Part shown: in pieces, positions 1 through 13,580 of the stretch | Numbering within the stretch: the first letter of the stretch is position 1 | Layout of the letters: every line of letters starts with the position of its first letter | Assembly: GCF_001194135.2 (NCBI RefSeq) | Contig: NC_068983.1 | Span: 158,837,731-158,901,730, forward strand | From: Octopus bimaculoides | Taxonomy: Eukaryota | Reading direction: 5' to 3' | Length of the DNA: 64,000 bases | The notes under the pieces: model-generated | The model's input: the letters and a program-made list of their open reading frames with translations, nothing else | What the model was told of the DNA's origin: nothing | Databases searched by the model: none | Made by a program: the position numbers and the translations under genes

Positions 1-125
1 GAGAGAGAGACTGTGAGAGGGAGTGAGAGAGACTGTGAGAGGGAGTGAGAGAGACTGTGAGAGGGAGTGAGAAAGGGTGAGACAGAGAGTGATAGTGAGT
101 GAGAGACAGTGAGAGACTGAGTGAA
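1..125. repeat. GA-rich microsatellite/minisatellite (~22-bp unit GAGAGAGACTGTGAGAGGGAGT)
   Basis: Directly visible tandem copies. Confidence 0.85.
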
Positions 126-349
126 TGAATAATGATAATATGCTTAATGTTTGTATGAGTAAATATCCTGACAGATGCAATTTTATATGTGTATGTAACT
201 GTGAGCCACAAAATAGTTAAGAGCAAAGAATTCACTGCCAAAACAAACTGCCTTAGACTAGAAGCTATCACTAAATGTAGCGGGCGAAATAGTTCTCGAA
301 CATTTTTTGTACTCTAAACACTTCAATTTTGTTTTTGATTGCTCAACTC

Positions 350-399
<50 letters not shown>

Positions 400-957
400 G
401 ANNNNNNNNNNTGTGTGTGTGTGTGTATGTATGTATGTGATGAATTTTGGAATAGAAAAAATATGTCAGTTTCCAAAATATAACCATTTGAAGTATTTCT
501 CAATTTGATGTGGAGGTGGAAAGTAGGCGGATATTATACTAGCTACAGCTGAAAACTCAATAACATAGTTTGTGTAAATAGCACATTTCCTGAGGCTGTT
601 TGCTGCTAACCACTAAAAGGTTAGATGATACACAGTCTGAACAATTAACATGAAATGGAAACCAACTAGAATCTATTCAAATTGGTTGAATGAAAGAAAT
701 TAAATAAATTGAGTTGCTAAAAATAGTTAAACTTATTTAGTGATCTCTTTTACAGATATACTTATAAACAATGAGAAAAATGAGAGAATACAAAATATAC
801 ATAAAGTAAAAAAAAAGATTAAAAAAATTACAAATTTTAAATAAAGCCTAAAGTAAATATTTGAATAATTATATTATAAATTAGCAAAGATTCCAGAATA
901 CTGATATTTGTGTAAAAAGAATCCGGCCTATTTTGACACTTCAATACAGAGCGATTA

Positions 958-993
<36 letters not shown>

Positions 994-3319
994 AGAGACA
1001 GACAGATTATAAAAATAACACAAAATTTAACTGAATTATAATTAGAAGAACTTTAGACATTGAAGCAGATGTAAGTGGAAGAATTTTGCAAAGCATTTTT
1101 AAGCAAAATGCTTTGGGCTACTAAAATTAAAATTTGAAAAAAAAAAAACTGTTCTAAACCAGGAATTAAAATTAGATATAGATCCGTTTTTTTTTAAAAG
1201 TGGAAACTATCTTAGCATATAAGGAAGTTTTTTTTTTGCTTTCTAATGTAAAACAAATTGTTAAAATGAAAACTGTATACTATATTTCCATTACATATTT
1301 AAGGAAAAGAAAAACAATTTTATCAAAATTACTAATTATATCTTAATGAAAATAAAAACTGACAAGTTGTCTAGTTATACATATTAAAATCATTTTAAAT
1401 AAATTATTCAAAGTAGAAAAGAAAGAATCCATCTGGTATGTAGAGAACATTTGCATCACACATTCTTACTCAAGAACCACCAAAATATCATAATCTAAAC
1501 CACCAATTACTAAAACTCATTGACATTTTCTAAAGAATGTTACTTCTTATAGTGCCAAGCCATAAGAACTCCATAGCATAGAGTGTCCCACCCAAATGCA
1601 TAGAGTGAAAGAGTAATGTAAAATATAAGCAAAATTCAATTCCTAGAATATAAAAATATAGAGTTGGTAAGTATTGCTAACTATCCAAACAAAAAGATCA
1701 ACTATAATAAAAATGTGGATAAGAACAAAATGCATACCAGCAGAAGAATAGTGCATCTGGCGTAATCCATCATTTCGATAATCCATGTTTTACATATATA
1801 CAAGACACTCTAACAGGTGCCTCTATCTCCCCTTCCTCTAACTTCACAAGTTAAAGCAGCTCAGTTCCGTTCTGTTAGACGACAGTGATGAAAATATGGC
1901 TAGCATAGAACAAACATTTTTAGTGTAATTCCTTTCAGGATATCAACAAACAATATTTTACTATGTAACCCTCAATGATTAGTTTCATTACATAAGAGAC
2001 GTAATTCCAATGAAATTCAGGTGCTGTTAGGCTGAAATAAAAAGTTCTGTGGCCAGTTGTCTAACATAACCAACTATGGTAGTATATTGATGGACTGCTA
2101 AGAATGGGAAGGGAAGAGAACTCCAACGCTATCTTACATCATTAGCTCAGTAAATTTATCTCACATCCCTACATCACAAGGATCTAAATGCACAGACATT
2201 AACTACTTAATGACAGGTGGGATGCATGACCCAATTCTGGAACTATTTTCTGTAATTCTTCACTACAAGCTTCAAAATGATAAGCAAAGTGAGATAAATA
2301 CTCACTTGCAGATGTACAAGCAAAAGTATAAACAAGTATCAGAAAAATGCAATAAGAACAATAAAAAAAAAAAATTAAAAAAAAAAAAAATTTCAAACCT
2401 ACATAAAAAGGAGGAGAACGGGTTTGATTTGAATATGAAAAAAAAATTAATGAAATGCTTCTGGCTTCATAAATAATGTATTTTTAGTTTAGCAAGATAG
2501 TTTATAAGAGATTAAATCTCAGCTAGAAGTAAGTTAACTGCACAGTTAAAATAGGTTGCTTGAGGGTGGGGCACTATAAAGCAACAAGTACTTCCACCAG
2601 CCAGTATAAGATATATAAGAAGTGAAAATACTCGAGAAAAAATGGTATAAAAAGCAAAATAATGCCAAGATTGCTTACCAAAGCTGTACGAAAAACCTAA
2701 ATTATATGGGAAGTGAACGCAAACTTCTACAATTTTACATTTATAGCTTTAAAAAAAAATAACTTCTGAAATCTTCTTATATAAAATACAAAAGACATCA
2801 ATTGAATTTATGTGAGAGAATGCTAGGTGGGGAGGGCTTAAAAGCTATCAGGAAATTATTATATACGAGATTTATTACATAGTGGAAAAGAATTAGAATT
2901 CTTAACTGTTCAATAAAAGAAGGAAGAGAGAAAAGAAAAACATTAAAACTGATAGATAAATAATTGATGAAAATATACTTAAAGGAAAAGTCTCCGCATA
3001 CACGCATTTGCTTTAAACAAAATCTTTATTCAATTAGTAATATTTCCTTTAAAAAATTCATAACAAAATCCTCCCACACTATAAAAATAATCTCACTCCC
3101 TTTCCTAAACATTATGCAAAAAGAGAAATGACAACATAAGCAGAAAAGTTCAGATTTTGATTTAATTATTTTATAACAAAATTTCTTGTTGAGATAACAG
3201 GTGGGTAGTTTGAAGAGAATACATAATTTAGCAATGATGCCATCACATGTTAGATATGACAAATTGTGCTATGAAGAATTCCATGGATTAAAATAATAAA
3301 CTGAAAACAAATTAATAAT

Positions 3320-3572
3320 TCATCAATCAACAACTGGAATGGGGATGCTGCTACCCACACACACACAACTATCCTTGACCACATCCAGGGAAATAACCAC
3401 TTCTCTGATTGGCATAAAATCACCTACTGACATGCTCTTGGCATGCTGTCTACTCTGTCTCTACCTCCACTTTTTCTGCTGCAGCCTGAATGGTCCCCTT
3501 AAGAGCTAGGTGGTCTCATGCCACCTCCTGACTCACTCATCTCCCATTTTCTCATTCATGTTGGGTACAATG
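3320..3572 (+). mobile_element. Degenerate CR1/L2-like LINE 3' ORF2 fragment, interrupted by a hAT element
   Basis: Translation HNWNGDAATHTHTTILDHIQG resembles the CR1-type SHIWxGA..LDxIQ region and the related relic at 31.4-31.7 kb. Confidence 0.4.
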
Positions 3573-3580
3573 CTCTAGTC

Positions 3581-3650
3581 CAGTGGTTTCCAGCCTGTGA
3601 TCTGCAAAGGTAGTACTGGGGGTCCGTGAACTAAATTCAAAATTTCATGT

Positions 3651-3699
<49 letters not shown>

Positions 3700-4457
3700 C
3701 GACAGAGTGTAAGCATCTTGAGAGAAAAGTTGGGCATAAGTGGCATCACGTGGTGTGAAAGAGACACGACTGTGCTGATATGGTCATGTGATGCATATGG
3801 ACGAAGGCAGCTGTGTAAAGAAGTGCCGATCTCTGTGGAAGGAACCTGTGGTAGGGGTAGACCGAGGAAGACATCGTACGAAATATTGAAGCATGAGCTT
3901 CGAACTTTGGGCCTCACAGAGATAGTGACCGAGAACTTTGACGATATACTGTGCTTGAGAAGTCCCGCCAAATCTTAGTCATGGCTGATGCAGGTGTCAC
4001 GTTAACTGGCACCTGTGCCAGTGGTGTGTAAAAAGCACCTTTCGCACACTGGGCCTCACAGAGGCAAAGTGGCTGATGCCAGTGGCATGTGAAAAGCTCC
4101 TTTCAAGTGTTGGGCCTCACGGTGGCAATGTCATGGCATTGTCATGCTTCAGAAGAAAACCCATCAAGCCAAGTAAAATTGCAGCCGTGGAAGATACTGG
4201 TGTCATGCAAATGGCATGTAAAAGCACCCATTACACTCTTGGAGTGGTTGGTGTTAGGAAGGGCACCCAGCCATAGAAACCATGTCAAACCAGACTGGAG
4301 TCTGGTGCAGCCTTTCAGTTTGCCAGCCCTGGTCAAACCATCCAACCCATACCAGCTTGGACAATGGATGCTAAATGAAGGATAGGCATATTAAACAGGG
4401 TCTATGAGAAAACTCAAATAAATGGAGTCCTTGGTAGTGAAAAAGTTGAGAACACTG
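3581..4457. mobile_element. Non-autonomous hAT (Charlie-like) element with 8-bp TSD, carrying a nested RTE 3' fragment
   Basis: Termini CAGTGGTTTC...GAGAACACTG; identical 8-bp TSD CTCTAGTC at 3573-3580 and 4458-4465, close to the NTCTAGAN preference of Charlie-type hATs. Confidence 0.85.
3700..4385 (+). mobile_element. RTE-clade LINE 3' end (ORF C-terminus plus 3' UTR), 5'-truncated
   Basis: LREKLGISGIT...VEGTCGRGRPRKT is the RTE C-terminal motif; it is followed by the 3' UTR shared with the many (GAT)n-tailed copies. Confidence 0.8.
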
Positions 4458-4974
4458 CTCTAGTCCTTCCTCTTCAGGTCAGCTCTCTCTGTATTTCACT
4501 CTTCTCTGTGGGTGTCAACTTGGAACAGCTTAAGTGAAACATTAACAGCCAGTCACCTTACTGGTCCATGGGCATTTTATTTGTCATGAGACCCAATGAG
4601 TACAATAAAAGAAATCCAACTTATCCTTCTGCTCCATTATATATTCTCAAGCTAATGTGAAAATACAAATGTCTGAATAATCATTTTAAATAAATGGATT
4701 TTCAATGGGATATCATTCCTAGCCCCAACCACTGATAATGAACCGAGATTGCTACATGTTTCTATCCGACTAGACTGACAAATACGGTCATTTTATCTGG
4801 GTTACTGTTTTATAATTTCAATCAGTACAAGCAGTATACAACAAGGCACTAACACCAGTGAATTACAGGCACCAATTTTAGTGACTCCAAAGACTTGAAA
4901 GTCAACCTCAACAGGATTTAGTCTTAATGTATGTACCAAACTGCCTTTAGCAGCTCTTACCAACTAACTAGTCT

Positions 4975-5180
4975 TTAACCTTTTAGTATTTAAATAGAAT
5001 ATTTGGGATGAATATGGCTTATCTGTTTTATGTCCAGCCAGATCTAGCCTGTCACACCTATCCTACATTGTCATTCTGAATATAAACAGTCACATCATCA
5101 GAATCTCAGAGTTACAAGATAGTGCATGATTAATTCAAAACAACGTACATTTGACAATAATCAGAATGCTAAAAGGTTAA
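4975..5180. mobile_element. piggyBac-type MITE
   Basis: TTAA|CCTTTTAG...CTAAAAGG|TTAA; interior similar to copies at 7.8, 30.3 and 63.5 kb. Confidence 0.75.
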
Positions 5181-5472
5181 ATTCACTTGGTTAATTTAGT
5201 TTTATTCTTTGGTCTTGTGTCAATCAAGCATTTGAACGAATTAGCTGATGCATGAGCAATTCAAGTGATTTATACACAAGTTCCTTAATGGCTCAGTAAA
5301 CTGAACAGCCAAGTGTATTTCAGGTTTTCCACACTAGTATTATTTAGACAATCCAGTATTTCATCTGTGAGGTTCACACTAAGTGCCATCTATTTCATTT
5401 TACATTAGCTGATCAAACAAAGAGAACACTCATCTTCAAAACTAATGGAGATACACACACACATGTGTTTTA

Positions 5473-5885
5473 GATATTGAGGGCAACAAGTTAGCAGGCA
5501 GAAGTGGAGTAGTATGCTTTGCCTTATAATATTCTCAAAGCTGTGTATTTTAATATTAAGTTTTGATGACATTGCCTTAACCAGTAGGAATGATATTTCA
5601 TTCCTACTAATTTAATAATATTAATATGCTGTTTTGGTTCATTATGTTGACTATATTTTGTGTGTCATATCGCTTAGCAGAGCACAAAATATAGTTGATA
5701 TAATGAACCAATAGCATGTTAATCGTATTGAATTCTTTATTAAATCAGTAGGAATGAAATATCATTCCTACTGATTAAGGCAATGTCAGCAAAGTTTAAT
5801 ATTAAAATATTCAGGTTTGAGAGTACTACAAGGTATTTTGCATGGTGCTCCACTTCTGCCCGCTAACTTGTTAAACCTCAATATC
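5473..5885. mobile_element. Fold-back (almost fully palindromic) MITE-like element
   Basis: ~190-bp arms are reverse complements (GATATTGAG...CTCAATATC) around a ~20-nt loop; each arm has an internal hairpin CAGTAGGAATGA..TCATTCCTACT. Confidence 0.85.
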
Positions 5886-6825
5886 AAAAAAGATTTTGTT
5901 GACTCAAAGCAATGAAACAGGACATCAGCCTTTTTTTTAAAAGAATAAATAATAGTGATAAAGAAACAACAAAAAACCCACAGAGTATTAGAAATTAAAC
6001 TTAATTATCAGCACGCATGTGGCTTGGAAATTTGGTATTTATCTTTGGTTTGTAGAGATAAGTACCATAATTTTTGTTATTCAAATTACAAGTCTTTGTT
6101 AAAAACAAATAAAATGAATATTAAGACATCAAACTATATGGTTAGATAATAGCTATAATCTAAAAGTTTGCAACTTTAAATCACATTTTCTTCCATGAAT
6201 CATTAATTCCAGATATGAAGTATGTTAATTACATTTGCTCTGTTCCCAATTACAAACCTTATTTATATACACCAGTGAGGCTCAGAAGCTTTTGATATCT
6301 AATTTTGTCTTTTTTGTTTTGTTTTGTTTTGTTTGCTTAGCTGTGCTTCCATAGCATTAAGCATAGCTGTGTGGTTAAGAAATTCATTTTGCATTCATGG
6401 AGCTCTAAGTTCACTCCCATTGCATAAATATGATACATAAAAAAAAAGAAAAAACTTTTGTAAGCAAATCTGAATTAATATCAAGGTCAGCAAAGAGATA
6501 AGCAAGTGAGCAGACATGGGGGTAATGAGTTTCTTTAATTATGACTACCTCTTTAATGTTGGTACAAAACAGACACAAAAATGCACCCAGTATTCTCTGT
6601 AAAATGATTAGTCTTAGGAAGGGTATCCAGTCATAGAAACAACGTTAAAATGGAATGTGAACAAGATTAGATCTTCAGCCCATCTAGGTAGCAATACCCC
6701 TGATTACATCCTGTTCCAACCATAACCTGTCTGGCCATACCATCATGGAAAGCAAACATAAAATGATGATTAATTGAAATTCGTGTTGTTTTTTTCCTAC
6801 ATAATCAAATTTGAAATTACAGAAC

Positions 6826-6871
<46 letters not shown>

Positions 6872-7804
6872 ATCAATAGCCATAAGTTTGATTGAAAATA
6901 AAACCCAATTCTAGAAAGTATCTTGTCTAAGTTTGGTAAATCAAAGTAATAAACCAGGTTTATTTTTTTTTCTTTCCTGTGTTTTTTTAGACACAATATA
7001 TATACCAAACAAATTCTCAGAATAAGATAATGGTAGGACACTAAATATGTCCAATAATTATTTGAATAATACAGCAACAGAAGTTTAATACCAGATGATA
7101 GTCAGACGAAAATAAATCTAAAATTTCTCATCTCCAGAATTCTAGCTATCTTACCATTGATAATATCGCATATCTTTACAAAAATAGTTTATCACCAAAA
7201 ATAAAATGAATAACCTTTATCAAAAACTGCTGCTTCTCTTCACTTCTAACAAACAACTTCAAGTTAGTTATATCTAGGCTATAAAGCATTTTTTTCATAA
7301 TGTGCTAGTTACATTTGGTGATGATGGGATAAAGAGAAAGCTTCACTGTCAAGTTTTGTACATGTAAATTCCACTGGCTTAACTACCATTTAATATACCA
7401 GTTATGATGTTAGTGACCTCTAATAAATATAAATCAACTATGCTGAAAACTAAAATGGTATAACATAATGAAAATAAGCATATTTCATATAAAAAAAATT
7501 TACTTTTTGGATATTTTTACTTATTATCTACTATATTTATAGTAACCACAAACAAAAATTCCTGAGAAGTCTTCTACAAAAATCCAAGTGTAGAAAGATA
7601 ACTCAGATTCTACCACATAAGAAAAATAGTCTCGTAGTTGATTATCACATTTCTATTTTAACTCCAGAACACCTTTCAAGAAAGACAAAGTATCTTACAT
7701 ATACAATGTAATTTATTAATCTTTCTATGCCATATATTTATCTTCTTACTCCAGATATTGGAAACAGAAATAGTGCTCAGAAAAAATAATTTTTTAAATA
7801 GGTT

Positions 7805-8057
7805 TTAATCCTTTAGAATTTAATACGGCCATAACTAGCCCAAATATGCCTCCTGTTCTAAGTTCAAACTAGCCAGGTCTGGTTTCTCACACCTATCCTA
7901 CAATGTCATCCTAAAAATAGACAATGACATCAAAATCTCACAGCTAAGAGACAATGACATCAAAATCTCACAGCTAAGAGACAATACATGACTAATTCAA
8001 AACAATATGAGTAAATAAGCTTTACATTTGACAATAATTTGAACACTAATGGGTTAA
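7805..8057. mobile_element. piggyBac-type MITE with internal 30-bp tandem duplication
   Basis: TTAA|TCCTTTAG...CTAATGGG|TTAA; 7921-7950 is repeated exactly at 7951-7980. Confidence 0.75.
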
Positions 8058-10544
8058 TTATTATCTAATTACATCCAAAGGACTATTTAAAATTTTCCTG
8101 TTTCTAAATAGAGAGCACTAACTCCAGTTTGATTTCTGTAAAATTAATACAAAAGAAGGCATTGAAAATTTTTATACATAGCAGTAAAACAAACTGTAGA
8201 AGTAATTTCTTGGCATTATAGTGAGCTTTAAAATGCATGTGCTTGTATGCCTATGTGTGTGTGTGTGTGTAGTATATAATGAATTTTTCTAACTTGCTTG
8301 TAATAATAATATTAATCCTTAAGTACCTGGTAAAATAAAATAAAATAAAATAAAATGGTATTTTATCAGTACTACCAGCTCAGTGGTTTGGAAATGAAGC
8401 ACGATTGTTAATGTCTAGGATATAGTTAACTTTGTTTCATCTCTCAAATGTTTAACTGACAATGTTGATAGAACATAGATTTACAAAGGGAGAGAAACAG
8501 TCAAATTTGAAATTTAGAAATCAACTTAGTGTTGCTAAAATTGACTAATGGCATTTATTGGCTATGTCATGCATTCTGATCTGTACCATAATCTTTTACA
8601 TAATTTTAGCTAATAAGGCAAAATCCTTTTTCAGATCTGAATTTCAAATAAGCATATAAATTCCCATCTTCATTATTTACCCTTTGTTAACGATATATAA
8701 ATGCATAATATCTTCCTAAAAAGGAAATGAATCTGCGATTAAAAAAAATAATGGTGATAAAATAGAATTCTAATACTAAAAAAAAAAAAACCTCAATTCC
8801 GGAGAATTTTAACTGACATAGGAAATGACTAAGAATAGGGACTGCATTGTTTGTAGTATTTATAGGGTAAAACAATGTCAATTAATTAATGAATCGCCAA
8901 TGTTTAATACCTGCCTTACATGAAAAACATGTTTTAGCAGTTGTGCAGTTATGTGGAAGGCAAGGGGAAATAAGTACTTTTGTTGGAATAGTAGTCTCAT
9001 CCTAACTCATACCAGCATAGAAAGTGCAGACATTAAAACCATATTGAGGATTCCAGGCTGTCAGAGAATGATAAAGGACACTTGCCCAAGAATGCCTTCA
9101 TTGAGATTTTTAAAAATGTGGCTGCAAAGTGAACTCATAATAACATAGCCATATTTGTGCCAACTTGATAGGCCAAGATGCCAGTAAGTAGAATTAAACC
9201 ATATATGCATACACTGTGGGGACCTCTATATGATCTGTTAGAAATAAAAGCCAAATCTCCCTCAAACCAGACACTACTGTCTCTTAAAGAAGAACAAGAA
9301 ATTGCATTGAATAAAGTCCTGGGTGTACTATATATATATGGTATGGTCATGATTGGAATGTCTTTGATCACGTGTAATCAATTAAGGAAAATCTGATGCT
9401 CAAGGAGAGAAAGAGAGAGTAAAGATGACTGCAATGCATAAACGCACATTGACTCATCAATTTTGACAATATTTCACACATGAACATTGTGTAAATCACA
9501 AGCTACAAATGATGTCATTGTCATTTCTGTAAACAGTAATGCTTACTTTGCACCTTTGAAGATGTGAAATAAGAGATCCCTTACTGGAGAAACCGGTTAG
9601 GAATCTGGTTGTAAAATAATGCCATGATATAATTGTCTAAGCCATGATAGCATGGAAAAATAAATATGAATGTAAATACATATGTCAGCAGATCTTCTTA
9701 TAAAACACACATTCGCAGATGTACACACACTCAGTAGCATGTGTGTGCATAGAAACAATTATGTACGAGAGAAATTAGGCCTTTATTTAGTTATTAACCT
9801 GTACACTATTTTCCAAAACTATTGGCTACGAGTTTGAATTTCTATCAAACTCCTCAGCACCAAAGTCTAATAAAATGAAGTAAATTATTAACGGAGGAAT
9901 TCTAAGTAGATAAATCAATAAATAGTAGCAAGTTGAATATTGGGCTAAAAAAGCCCCAAGATGGAAAAAGGATCAAGAATATGCTATTAAATTATTTTTA
10001 ATAGTGTTAAAGATTCACAATTGACAACAGAATTCAATGAGGTATGGCTAAAATAAATTCTAAATATATTATCAGTAGTAGTTATCTCTATAAATCCTTA
10101 CTATAATTATATATTCAAAATTTACCAACTCTTTCATAGAAATTAATTTAAGCTGTACATCTTTTATGTCTAAGTTTTCCCATTTAGCTATAGTTTCTGT
10201 ATAAATATTAAATTAAATCACATTTATTTCCCTTGAATAAAATGTAACTTGGATATCCTTAGACTTACTGCAGACATTGAATATATACATTTCAATAAAT
10301 TTCAGTTAAATCTGAAGATTAAAGCAATGGTTTTATATAAATTTATATTTATTTTTTTTTTAATTTATCAATTCAAAGACTAAAAGCTATATATTTGTGT
10401 ATAAAAATTAGAAAAGTTAAATTTATTTTATATTAGCGGATGAAAATATTTAGTTCTAAGAAAGACAACTCCTAGTTACTCAGTTACATTTTAATGTGAT
10501 TTTGAAATAGCGAAATTCACGTGTACGCCTCCATATGTGAAAGA

Positions 10545-11394
10545 AAGATAGATGAGAGATATAGATAGAGAGATATATATTTCTTTATTAGCCACACAGG
10601 GCTGAATACAAAGGGGACAAAATACTAAGTAGAGATTTTCTTTTGGGGACAGATATACATAGATAGATAGATAGATAACTTTCTTCATTGGTAACACAGG
10701 GCTTAACACAGAGGGGACAAATATATATGTAGAGCTTTCTTTTCGAAAAAAAAAAAGTAAAGTAAAATTCCGATCAAAAGGGGTCGGGAAAAAAAAAACG
10801 ATCAAAAGAGATCGTATATCACAGAAGAATTTTATTTAAAAATATATAAAGCAAGATTAGATTTATACGTGGAAAGAAAAGCCTATGAAAACGACCACGA
10901 TAAACTCAGGCAGGGATGGAATAAACACACGAGAGCAAAGTGAGCTCTGTTTTTTCGATTTAAAGGATCATGCTCAAAGTGGTTTCGTCACTCGCACACA
11001 CCATCTTTGCTACATTCACCCACCTTTTTTTTGAAACTTTCACGAGGCAAAACCTGCCTCTCTATTCTCAACTTCCTCTTCAAGTGGTACTAGAAAAAGT
11101 TGATGAGCGATTGGCCAGAGAGGTAAGTTTTCGTCTCTAATCCTTTCGCTCGGGTCCACCACACACATTCTTTCACCATGGCCACCAATATGATGAAGAC
11201 TGCCTTGCCTTCCCGGTTGAGGGAAGGTGGCGGAGCAACTTCCATGATAGACTCGGCCGACAGGCGGACTCGTCCCACACGTGACAGCAGCCGTTCAGCA
11301 TAAGTCCACAGGTCCGAAATGGTTGGACACTGCACGAGTGCGTACAGAACGGTTTCGTCACTCTGACCGCATCTCGGGCAAGTCGGTTCGGTGC
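10545..11394 (-). mobile_element. Tx1/L1-clade non-LTR retrotransposon 3' end (ORF2 C-terminal Cys/His region, 3' UTR, two tandem 3' termini)
   Basis: Minus strand CPRCGQSDETVLYALVQCPTISDLW...WWTR...FF*YHLKRKLRIER...RWVNVAKMV...SMIL* (one in-frame stop; natural stop ~10960). AATAAAGAAA precedes a (TATC)n tail. CpG-rich, so probably young. The 5' part is lost in a gap. Confidence 0.8.
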
Positions 11395-11883
11395 NNNNNN
11401 NNNNNNNNNNNNNNNNNNNNNNNNNNNNNNNNNNNNNNNNNNNNNNNNNNNNNNNNNNNNNNNNNNNNNNNNNNNNNNNNNNNNNNNNNNNNNNNNNNNN
11501 NNNNNNNNNNNNNNNNNNNNNNNNNNNNNNNNNNNNNNNNNNNNNNNNNNNNNNNNNNNNNNNNNNNNNNNNNNNNNNNNNNNNNNNNNNNNNNNNNNNN
11601 NNNNNNNNNNNNNNNNNNNNNNNNNNNNNNNNNNNNNNNNNNNNNNNNNNNNNNNNNNNNNNNNNNNNNNNNNNNNNNNNNNNNNNNNNNNNNNNNNNNN
11701 NNNNNNNNNNNNNNNNNNNNNNNNNNNNNNNNNNNNNNNNNNNNNNNNNNNNNNNNNNNNNNNNNNNNNNNNNNNNNNNNNNNNNNNNNNNNNNNNNNNN
11801 NNNNNNNNNNNNNNNNNNNNNNNNNNNNNNNNNNNNNNNNNNNNNNNNNNNNNNNNNNNNNNNNNNNNNNNNNNNNNNNNNNN

Positions 11884-12133
11884 CACAGATAGATATAGAC
11901 AACAGACGGAGACAGACAGACAGACAGATATAGACAGACAGACTAATATAGACAAACGGATACAGACAGACAGACGGATAGACAGACAGACGGATACAGA
12001 AAGACAGACGGATACAGAAAGACAGACGGATATAGACAGACAGACGGATATAGACAGACAGACAGATATAGACACACAAATATAGGCAGACAGATAGACA
12101 GGCATATAGACAGGCATATAGACAGAGATATAA

Positions 12134-12168
<35 letters not shown>

Positions 12169-12310
12169 TGGCCACAGGCAGACATGGACACAGGCAGACA
12201 TGGACACACAGGCAGACATGGACACACAGGCAGATATAGACGGATAGACAGACATATACAGACAGATACAGACACACAGACAGATACAGACAGACAGGCA
12301 GACAGATATA
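11884..12310. repeat. (GACA/GATA)n compound microsatellite
   Basis: Directly visible. Confidence 0.95.
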
Positions 12311-12314
12311 GACA

Positions 12315-12852
12315 GGACCCAGCAAGCCAAGTGAGACCATAACCCGTGGCTTATGCCAGGAGTGTAACCAGCCCACTTATGCATACCTTTCCTTCATTGG
12401 ACACTAAACTCTGTTTGCGAAGACCTGTTGAAGCAAATGAAATCAAAATTAAACTGGGATCCGGGCTAGTGGAGCGCTAAGACCACCATCCGAGTGTGAT
12501 CCTTTCCAGAGCAGCTGACTCACTTCCGTGCCGGTGGCATGTAAAAAGCACCATTTGAGCGTGATCATTACCAGCGTCGCCTTACTGGCACTTGAAAAAG
12601 TACTCGAGCGCGGTTGTTGCCAGTGCAGGTAACATGTAAAAAACACCATTTGGCTGTTGCCAGTACAGCCTGACTGGCCCTCGTGGCACGTAAAAGCACC
12701 CAGTACACTCTCGGAGTAGTTGACATTAAGAAGGGCATCCAGCTGTAGAAACTTTGCCAGATCAGAATGAAGCCTGGTGCAGCCATCTGGTTCGCCAGTC
12801 TTCAGTCAAATCGTCCAACCCATGCCAGCATGGAAAGCAGACGTTAAATGAT
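12315..12852 (+). mobile_element. RTE-related 3' UTR / SINE-like repeat with GAT tail
   Basis: Ends CCATGCCAGCATGGAAAGCAGACGTTAAATGATGA; homologous in reverse to 31781-32310. Confidence 0.85.
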
Positions 12853-12857
12853 GAGGA

Positions 12858-13036
12858 GACAGATACAGACATACACACAGACAGACAGATATAGACAGAT
12901 AGATACAGACAGACAAATAGATACAGACAGACAGATATACAGACAGACAGACAGAGACAGACAGACAGAGACAGACAGACAGACAAACAGAGACAGACAG
13001 AGACAGACAGACAGAGACAGACAGAGACAGACAGAC

Positions 13037-13099
<63 letters not shown>

Positions 13100-13580
13100 G
13101 ACAGACAGACAGANNNNNNNNNNGACAGACAGACAGAGAGACAGACAGAGACAGACAGACAGACAGAGACAGACAGACAGACAGAGACAGAGAGACAGAG
13201 AGACAGAGAGACAGACAGACAGACAGACAGAGACAGACAGACATAGATAGATACAGACAGACAAATAGATATAGACAGACAGACAGAGACAGACAGACAG
13301 ACAGACAGAGACAGACAGACAGACAGACAGAAGGACAGACAGACAGAGATAGATAGATAGACAGCCAGATATAGATAGACAGACAGATATAGATAGACAG
13401 ACAGATATAGATAGACAGACAGATATAGATAGACAGACAGATATAGATAGACAGACAGATATAGATAGACAGACAGATATAGATAGACAGACAGATATAG
13501 ATAGACAGACAGATATAGATAGACAGACAGATATAGATAGACAGACAGATATAGATAGATATAGACAGATAAATAGATAT
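12858..13580. repeat. (GACA/GAGA/GATA)n compound satellite, including a ~16-bp ACAGATATAGATAGAC array
   Basis: Directly visible; it explains the low-complexity ORFs here. Confidence 0.95.

Noticed and set aside
12858-13580. Regularly spaced repeats as a CRISPR-like array
   Set aside because: No unique spacers; simple-sequence satellite in a eukaryotic context.
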